Of a DNA stretch of 64,000 nt, positions 57,613-64,000 are shown one piece after another. This stretch comes from Candidatus Latescibacterota bacterium (GTDB lineage: Bacteria; Latescibacterota; UBA2968; GCA-2709665). The stretch is taken from the NCBI GenBank assembly GCA_965205485.1, contig OZ242180.1:4896001-4960000 (forward strand), in the 5' to 3' direction. Both the position numbers and the translations under genes were made by a program. The notes below the pieces were generated by a model, which saw nothing but the letters and a program-made list of their open reading frames with translations, had not been told where the DNA came from and did not search any database. Each line of letters starts with the position of its first letter. Position 1 is the first letter of the stretch.

Positions 57613-58728
57613 CTATTCGTCTGGCCAGATGTCCTCCAGTACAATGCGTGACCCCCTCCGTATACCCTTCACCCTGACCTGGGAAGCCCACAGAGGGCGT
57701 ACAATGTCGTTCATCATTCCCTCCGGCACTTCAATGTCTTGTGCCCTTCCTCGTACATTGACGATCTTGATTTTGTTGCTTGCATCGCTTGTCGCGTCCG
57801 CGTACCGCAGTATCCCATTCAACTCGACCGGTTCTGCGTCGGCTTTTTGCGACGAATCAACGTCCGGTATTGGCGGAAATTCAGACGCTGGCGTAGAAAC
57901 GTCGACAAATCGTTCCGATCCATTTCTCACTGTCGTCAGACCAACCTGGCGGATACGTTCTCCGTCAGGGGCAATCTTCCTCGAAAGGCCAATGAAATTC
58001 CTGAAATACGCAGGGTCTGAAATGCGATTCCGAATATCTGAAACTCTGGATTGGCTTGCCATCTCCATTAAGTCCATGAATTCATCTAGTATGTCATTTG
58101 TGGTCAATACTCCTGGCAGGAATAGCTGTCCGGTTGGCCGGCCTAACTTCAAAGTGACGGCAAAACTGGCCGCCCTCGGTGTAGAAACGTACAGTTCGTA
58201 ATTCTCTGCTATATCCTTTTTGGGTCGCCCTCTTTCCCTGAATGGCTCTTTGCTGCGGCGTTCTACGATACGTTGAATGATCTTTGACGAGTTTTCCATG
58301 CGACCTAAAAACTCACCCTGACTTACCATACCCAGACCCACCTGCTGCCCCGAAAGACTCAACTGGATTTCGCCCTCTCCCAGTGATATTCCTCTAAGGC
58401 TAAGGTGCCGCCTGAAGTTAACCTGCTCCAACAGGTCGCGCAGCTCCTCGGCAATTTGAGGATCCGGCTCGCCAGCAAGGGCTTTGCTGGCCAGCTGTTC
58501 TGCCAGTCGCGGTTTGTTGCAGTCCAACGCCAGCCACCCCGCACTACGGTGGAGTATCGAATATGTCGGCTCGACCGGATCGGACATCTCACTTAGTGCC
58601 TTGAGTTCCAGGTCCAGGGCCCGATCAAACAAGCCCTCTGATCGCTCTTGATTTCCTCGACGTCGTTCTTGATCAGCTAAAAACGCCGCTTCCATTGCCT
58701 GGTCGTGGAATTTATCGACCTCACTCAT
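57613..58728 (-). CDS. Hypothetical protein: TPR-like N-terminal helices plus uncharacterised C-terminal domains
   Basis: 371-aa ORF, lower GC than flanks, start overlaps upstream gene; AGAG RBS-like. Confidence 0.8.
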   Translation of the reverse strand: MSEVDKFHDQAMEAAFLADQERRRGNQERSEGLFDRALDLELKALSEMSDPVEPTYSILHRSAGWLALDCNKPRLAEQLASKALAGEPDPQIAEELRDLLEQVNFRRHLSLRGISLGEGEIQLSLSGQQVGLGMVSQGEFLGRMENSSKIIQRIVERRSKEPFRERGRPKKDIAENYELYVSTPRAASFAVTLKLGRPTGQLFLPGVLTTNDILDEFMDLMEMASQSRVSDIRNRISDPAYFRNFIGLSRKIAPDGERIRQVGLTTVRNGSERFVDVSTPASEFPPIPDVDSSQKADAEPVELNGILRYADATSDASNKIKIVNVRGRAQDIEVPEGMMNDIVRPLWASQVRVKGIRRGSRIVLEDIWPDE

Positions 58729-59245
58729 CTTCTCTTACCTCTGCAACTGGCGTCCCGAACTCTACGACGACGACGAATAGTTGCAACTTGGATTTTTCAG
58801 TCCGCCGAGTCTGTCGTATCTTTTGTCGTAACCTGTTTTTAATCGACCTTACGTCGCCTTTGCGAATACCCGATATTTCCAGGCCAGCTTTGTTCGTAAA
58901 CCCCTCTTCGGATTCCATCCCCATCCAATAGTCGAAACCGGTACCCTTCCGAGACTGCCTGATAATCTCGTATCCCGTTAGCTTTTTCGCGATCAATATC
59001 GCAATCCCCACGGCGCCGTATTCGGTAGCGTTCTCCGGATCGTTCCACGACATACGAGACTGCTCTGTAATGTATGGCCAGACAACTGCGTACCGACTTT
59101 CATGGTAACCTCGGACGGTAATTTGGACATGTTGCTGATGTCCTTGCGACTCCATACACACGCCGCAAGCTTCTGCCAGGGCTGTCCCGACTGCGGGCGA
59201 AATAGCAGGGATGGAGCCTTTTGCCAAGTCATTCAGATCCAGCAT
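58721..59245 (-). CDS. Hypothetical protein, PD-(D/E)XK-like nuclease candidate
   Basis: ATEYGA ... GTGFDYW ... LEISG ... K..Q pattern; lower GC. Confidence 0.65.
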   Translation of the reverse strand: MLDLNDLAKGSIPAISPAVGTALAEACGVCMESQGHQQHVQITVRGYHESRYAVVWPYITEQSRMSWNDPENATEYGAVGIAILIAKKLTGYEIIRQSRKGTGFDYWMGMESEEGFTNKAGLEISGIRKGDVRSIKNRLRQKIRQTRRTEKSKLQLFVVVVEFGTPVAEVREDE

Positions 59246-59997
59246 GAACCGTTTCCATTACCACGTTACCTACCAGAGATTAATGTTAGGGTCGACTTCC
59301 GTCAGTGGAACGACGGCCTTTGAGTTTCATTGAAAGATTGGCAAAAAATCAGAAATATCCTGTACTATCATAGGCAACCAGAGAAGACTCTGATAACAGC
59401 GCGTAACCGACTTCAACAGACTGTTGTGCAGGGCTGTTCATACGGTAAATTAGTCTGGAAGCGACTCGAAATGGGGGAAAACGGAAATGGAATGAGCCAC
59501 GTAAACCCGCATGTTCGACATCTGACTTTATATCTCGAAACGTGGCTGCCTATAAGCCGGCAGCAAAGATGTTTGGAATGCACGTCCAAGTCAACGATTG
59601 AAATGACCGACGATATTCGATCAGGTAACGTTCCGACTAGAGGCATTTACGACTGCGATTATCGCAAATCAGCACTGTGCAGTCTCATCTGTGAAAGGAC
59701 GAACACTACTGCACAACGTATAGGATCCGATTCGAGTGCTGCACATATGTACAGTAAATTGTGGTAAATGTCAAGATGTCGATTAATGGTCTGAAAGTGA
59801 CAGAAAGAATCTGCGAAATATGCATGCACAGGATAGGTAAGATCGATCCGGGAACCCAAGGTCCCACGAATTACCCAACAAACGTCATTGGCGCGATTCC
59901 TTGAATACGATGACGACTTGGAGGGGAGAGAGTGAGCGGGGCGTGAACGGATGGGAGTTCATGGTGAACGATGAACATTGGTATGTACAATCAGACA

Positions 59998-60288
59998 TCA
60001 TTCGTGTGCTGCGAGACGCTCGACGCGTATCTCGTCTGCGTTCTGCATGGCCTTTGCAAGATCGTACGCGGCTTGCATCCGGTACCACGTTTGGGCGCCG
60101 CCGCCGAACGCCTTGTCCAGGCGAATGGCCATCTCGGGAGAGATGCCAATCTGACCGCTGACGATATCGGACAGGTGTTTACGGCCGACACCGAGTTTGG
60201 GCGCGGCTTCAGCGACACTCAAGCCAAGCGGTTCCAGGCAATCGTAACGCACCGAAAGTCCGGGATGCGGAGGGTTTTTCATATGCAT
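59998..60288 (-). CDS. higA: HigA family antitoxin (orphan)
   Basis: [41 protein letters not shown]. Confidence 0.9.
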   Translation of the reverse strand: MHMKNPPHPGLSVRYDCLEPLGLSVAEAAPKLGVGRKHLSDIVSGQIGISPEMAIRLDKAFGGGAQTWYRMQAAYDLAKAMQNADEIRVERLAAHE

Positions 60289-60483
60289 ACTCTTCTCCCT
60301 ATGATCATTAGCCAAATTTAACACTTCTTCGCTCCGAATCAAAGTCCCACGTACATCGTCGGCTGGCCCGGCGCATTCCAGACGCGTTGAGGCTGTTCGC
60401 GCACAACTACATCAACTCGAAGATCCCTGAAACATGGATGAACAGGATAGGCAGGATAAATGCGTTTTTGTGACTCTCGCTGT

Positions 60484-60515
60484 TTTCGTAGTTTCGTAGT
60501 TTCGTAGTTTCGTAG
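60484..60515 (+). repeat. Tandem octamer (TTTCGTAG)4
   Basis: Direct reading; lies inside the 60432/60530 inverted repeat pair. Confidence 0.9.
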
Positions 60516-60745
60516 TTTCTTCTGGTTTCATCCTGTTCATCCTGTCCATCCATGTAGGCTATGGTTGGTAGCGAAAGACCATCAATAGGAGATACAAAGA
60601 ATCGACAGGACAAAACCGGGAACCCACCGCACGTATAATCATATATAATACAGGTATCGCTCGAATCGTTGGCAAGCCGGGATGCTTCTCCTTCATGCAG
60701 TTGAATCCATGTTGATTTTTCGAGTCGGGATTGCGTGAGTTGGTG

Positions 60746-61005
60746 ATGAGCAGGCAGTTGACGGCAGTTATCGAGTGCGTGGGTGATGGGTACGTCGCGC
60801 TCTGCCCAGAGCTGGACATCGCGAGCCAGGGAAAGACCGTAGCCGAATCCAGGGAAAACCTGAAGAAGGAATTGGCGTTGTTCCTGGACACGGCTTCTGT
60901 CGACGAAATCAACATCCGGCTGCGCGAGTAGATGCAGATGACACTGATGCCGGTGGCGGTTGGGTCTGCGCAAAGTTCTGGCTATCGGCCTGTGCAAAGA
61001 CGTAC
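60746..61005 (+). pseudogene. hicB: Degraded hicB-hicA module
   Basis: LTAVIECVGDGYVALCPELDIASQGKTVAESRENL; TAG at 60929 precedes the expected ...VAVG tail; hicA-like start (TTG GGT) cut off by the repeat at 61009. Confidence 0.65.
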
Positions 61006-61172
61006 GAAACATGGATGCACAGGATAGGCAGGATTTAGGCCGAAGACAGTCCCCTGCCCGGATTCCGAGTGCCTCCTTCCCCCTCCTCCCCTACATTGTC
61101 CCGATCAGAGTAAATCGCAGTTCGATCGCACAATTGTCCTTTTCGACCTGTCGTTCGATTTTGAAAAATTCG

Positions 61173-61225
61173 TTGACAGGATTATTGTTTTTCTGTATGA
61201 TGACTATAGTTATAACTATAGTCAT
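61173..61225 (+). promoter_or_regulatory. TA promoter with 26-bp palindromic operator
   Basis: TTGACA-N17-TATGAT; ATGACTATAGTTATAACTATAGTCAT at 61200-61225. Confidence 0.8.
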
Positions 61226-61245
61226 ATATCAATCGAGGGGAACGC

Positions 61246-61476
61246 ATGCAGACCATCTCAAAGAGCAAGTTGAAAGCACAAATGCTCCGTATCTTCCGGG
61301 AACTCGAGCGTTCAGGCGAAGAACTGATTGTCACGGATCGCGGTCGCCCGGTATTGCGTATTCAGCCTATTTTGCGAAAAAAGACCGTTGAAGAGGTCTT
61401 CGGCGCCATACGCGGCGACGTGACGTATAACGAAGACATCAATCTGCCAACCACCGATGAATGGGCGGACGCATAA
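61246..61476 (+). CDS. Phd/YefM family antitoxin
   Basis: ISKSKLKA, GEELIVTDRGRPV. Confidence 0.9.
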   Translation: MQTISKSKLKAQMLRIFRELERSGEELIVTDRGRPVLRIQPILRKKTVEEVFGAIRGDVTYNEDINLPTTDEWADA

Positions 61477-61856
61477 TGGTGCTGCTGGACACTTCGGCGC
61501 TTGTCTTCTGGACGCTGGATCGCGATCGGCTGTCTACGGCAGCGGCGCAGGCCATCTCCGATGCCGACAGGATTGTTCTAAGCGCCATCTCCATATGGGA
61601 AATCGGCATTAAAGTAACGAAAGAACAATTGGTTATCCCATTGACCGTTCGAGAATTCACTCGCAGACTGGAGCAGGTCGATCGCGTCGAAATCCTTCCC
61701 GTATGCGTCCGGACATGGATCAGGAACCTCGTACTCGATTGGGACCATCGCGATCCTGCCGATCGCACCATCGTCGCAACCGCCAGCCTCAACGCCTGCC
61801 CGATCGTGACATCCGATTCAAGAATTAAGGCCTTCTATCCGCAGACGATCTGGTAG
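61476..61856 (+). CDS. vapC: VapC/PIN domain toxin
   Basis: LLDTSAL, SAISIWEI, HRDPADRTIVATA, VTSD; TAATG coupling. Confidence 0.92.
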   Translation: MVLLDTSALVFWTLDRDRLSTAAAQAISDADRIVLSAISIWEIGIKVTKEQLVIPLTVREFTRRLEQVDRVEILPVCVRTWIRNLVLDWDHRDPADRTIVATASLNACPIVTSDSRIKAFYPQTIW

Positions 61857-61986
61857 TCCGGGATCGACGATACCCCCTACCCGCCCCCAGAAGCAAAAAC
61901 CTACTTTACATGGATGAACAGGATAGGCAGGATAAAGGCACGAGAGCACAAAAACGAAACTACTGAATATTGTCAGGCTCTTCTCT

Positions 61987-62215
61987 GATGACTCACATCC
62001 CGACCCGGAATTCGGTCGATTTCCGTTTCCCCGCATTTGCCATAATCCTGCTTAATTGTGTTCCAATCCTGCCAATCCTGGTATTGTATGGCCCTTCCAC
62101 GATGACTCACATCGCGGGCAAGAATTCAGTCGGTTTCCCTGTCCATGAATCTGCCTTAATCCTGCTTAATCCTGATCCAATCCTGCTTAATCCTGGTCGT
62201 TTTTGACTTTGCTCC
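61987..62215 (+). repeat. Diverged ~114-bp tandem duplication rich in AATCCTG
   Basis: Units start GATGACTCACATC at 61987 and 62101. Confidence 0.75.
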
Positions 62216-62244
62216 CAACCCGACCGCAGAGTATATTGGGAACG

Positions 62245-62688
62245 ATGACGACCCGTGATTTCACCGCAACCACGTTCGTCGTTCAGGACGGCCGGACGTT
62301 GTTGCTGTTTCACAAACGGCTCAGGCTGTGGCTTCCGCCGGGCGGGCATATCGACGAGGACGAATTGCCGTGCGACGCGGCCGTGCGCGAGGTCCGTGAA
62401 GAGTGCGGTCTGGAGGTGAACCTGATTTCGCCCCGCTACCGCCTGGGCACGGTGGACGTATTAAGCCGCCCCGAGTGCATTCTCCTGGAACAGATTTCAG
62501 ACGACCACCAGCATATCGACCTGATCTATTTCGCGCGGGTGACGGGCGGCAGCCTCAAGGTGGCGGCCTCCGAGGCCGAGGGATACCGGTGGTGCGGCCC
62601 CGCGGACCTTGAGGACGAAACGATCGCGGAAGACATTCAGCGGCTGGGGAAGATGGCGATCGAGGCCGTCGCAAGCCGCGACGCGTAA
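62245..62688 (+). CDS. NUDIX hydrolase
   Basis: WLPPGGHIDEDELPCDAAVREVREECGL Nudix box; HQHIDLIY. Confidence 0.92.
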   Translation: MTTRDFTATTFVVQDGRTLLLFHKRLRLWLPPGGHIDEDELPCDAAVREVREECGLEVNLISPRYRLGTVDVLSRPECILLEQISDDHQHIDLIYFARVTGGSLKVAASEAEGYRWCGPADLEDETIAEDIQRLGKMAIEAVASRDA

Positions 62689-62766
62689 TCGATGGATATG
62701 TGCCGATTGAGAATGCGCGATCGAGGGCGGTGACCGGGCCTCATCGAAGCATTCGAAAGGACCGAT

Positions 62767-63714
62767 ATGCCGTTGGCCAACGCGGTGGCGGGCAATATCC
62801 TGGAACTGATCGGCGATACGCCGATGGTCCGGCTGAACCGGATCGTGGAACCGGGCATGGCGGAGGTGGCCGTTAAAATCGAGGCCTCCAACCCCGTGGC
62901 CTCGGTAAAGGACCGGATCGCATTCGCCATGATCGACGCGGCCGAGCGGGACGGCAGCCTGAAACCGGGCATGACGATCGTCGAACCCACCAGCGGAAAT
63001 ACGGGTATCGGCCTGGCGCTGGTGGCCGCGGCGAGGGGATATCGCCTGGTCCTGACCATGCCGGATTCCATGAGCCGTGAGAGGCGTGACCTCTTGCAGA
63101 GCTTCGGGGCCGAGGTCGTGCTGACGCCGGGAGCGGCGGACATGCAGGGCGCCGTGGACGAGGCGATGCGCATCGCGCGGGAATCCCCCGGCGACACGTT
63201 CATGCCGCAGCAGTTCGCCAATCCCGCCAATCCCGAGGTGCACCGGTGCACAACAGCGAGGGAGATCCTGGATGCGGTGGAGGGGCGGCTGGACGCGTTC
63301 GTGGCCGGCGTGGGCACAGGCGGTACGATCACCGGCGTTGGCGAGATCCTGAAGGCGGAGTTGCCGGGACTGCTGGTGGTGGCGGTGGAACCCCAACGCT
63401 CCAGCGTGTTGTCCGGCGGCGCGCCGGGGGTTCACGACATCCAGGGCATCGGCGCGGGATTCATACCCGAGGTATTGAACAGGGAAATTTACGACCGCGT
63501 GATCTGCGCCACGGAGGCCGACGCGTTCGAGACCGCCAGACGCCTCGCGTCCGAAGAAGGCATCCTCAGCGGCATCTCGGCCGGCGCGAACGTCTGGGCC
63601 GCGCTCAAGGTCGCGGAGGAGTTGGGCGAAGGCCGGCGCGTTGCCACGGTGATCTGCGATTCGGCGGAACGATATTTCAGCGTGCCGGGGTTTATGGATC
63701 ACGAGAAACCGTAA
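62767..63714 (+). CDS. cysK: Cysteine synthase A
   Basis: SVKDRIA, EPTSGNTGIGLA, GVGTGGT, IQGIGAGF, GISAGA. Confidence 0.96.
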   Translation: MPLANAVAGNILELIGDTPMVRLNRIVEPGMAEVAVKIEASNPVASVKDRIAFAMIDAAERDGSLKPGMTIVEPTSGNTGIGLALVAAARGYRLVLTMPDSMSRERRDLLQSFGAEVVLTPGAADMQGAVDEAMRIARESPGDTFMPQQFANPANPEVHRCTTAREILDAVEGRLDAFVAGVGTGGTITGVGEILKAELPGLLVVAVEPQRSSVLSGGAPGVHDIQGIGAGFIPEVLNREIYDRVICATEADAFETARRLASEEGILSGISAGANVWAALKVAEELGEGRRVATVICDSAERYFSVPGFMDHEKP

Positions 63715-63844
63715 ACACCGGCGCGGGAGACGGGCTGAGTTCGCCCTGATTGACGTGCAACCCGGTGAGTTCGTTTTTGGTACCCCTGTTGACAGATAAA
63801 CTGACCGTTGGAGACCGCCGGTCCCCCGGTGAAGGGAGCCCAGA

Positions 63845-64000
63845 ATGCCCAGAGAACCCGAACCCTCGTGGCGCGATGGCATGCGCAGCCTGCATCCCGA
63901 CGAATTCGAGAGCCTCGCCGAACTGGTCCACACCGTGTTCCGGCCCGGACTGGTCCAGGAATACCCGCACTTCTACACCCCGGCGCACGCCGGTGAAATG
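63845..64000 (+). CDS. Partial CDS, probably GNAT acetyltransferase N-terminus
   Basis: GGGAG RBS; MRSLHPDEFESLAELVHTVF...EYPHFY; frame runs off the window. Confidence 0.5.
   Translation, partial: MPREPEPSWRDGMRSLHPDEFESLAELVHTVFRPGLVQEYPHFYTPAHAGEM

Larger units (their letters stand above)
55778..61933. repeat. Family of 26-bp repeats, consensus ACATGGATGAACAGGATAGGCAGGAT (9 copies)
   Basis: + at 55778, 57035, 59818 (degenerate), 60432, 61009, 61908; - at 56204 (degenerate), 56356, 60530; copies at 57035, 60432 and 61908 are identical. Confidence 0.9.

Noticed and set aside
59330..59900. Short ORFs in the AT-rich stretch
   Set aside because: No recognisable motifs or RBS; probably degenerate foreign DNA
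60929..60931. TAG in hicB as pyrrolysine/readthrough
   Set aside because: Non-catalytic position, surrounding decay and no pyl genes; a simple nonsense mutation is more likely
55778..61933. 26-bp repeats as a CRISPR array
   Set aside because: Mixed orientation, spacing of 100-2800 bp with genes in between, and no cas genes
55778..62215. Integron cassette array
   Set aside because: No RYYYAAC/GTTRRRY attC ends recognised, genes on both strands, no intI in the window

Overview
A GC-rich bacterial chromosomal segment. The LptE-like lipoprotein, RND transporter and futalosine-pathway genes point to a diderm host. The EF-hand/dockerin-like, DUF6785-like and heparinase-like proteins suggest an FCB-superphylum lineage such as Latescibacterota, but that is inference only. 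Housekeeping blocks are thrS-infC-rpmI-rplT, zapB-zapA-(6S-like RNA)-rny-ymdB-xseAB-nadK-recN, mqnE-mqnC-mqnA, tRNA-Leu(CAG), a form II coxSLMG cluster and cysK. The most notable observations are: (1) an AhpD-like gene read through an in-frame TGA (CxxU) with a SECIS-like hairpin; (2) an archaeal/spirochaete-type pheST operon under a Phe(UUC) T-box, while the usual pheST slot after rplT is empty; (3) a secreted EF-hand + cytochrome-c-like + PHM/DBH-type copper monooxygenase fusion; (4) a sigma-70 gene whose promoter spacer is a perfect LexA-like palindrome; (5) a ~6.5 kb island of TA modules and a low-GC nuclease/TPR gene pair punctuated by a 26-bp repeat; and (6) composite, strongly structured direct repeats flanking an orphan RND gene. 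No CRISPR array, rRNA, integrase or transposase was seen.
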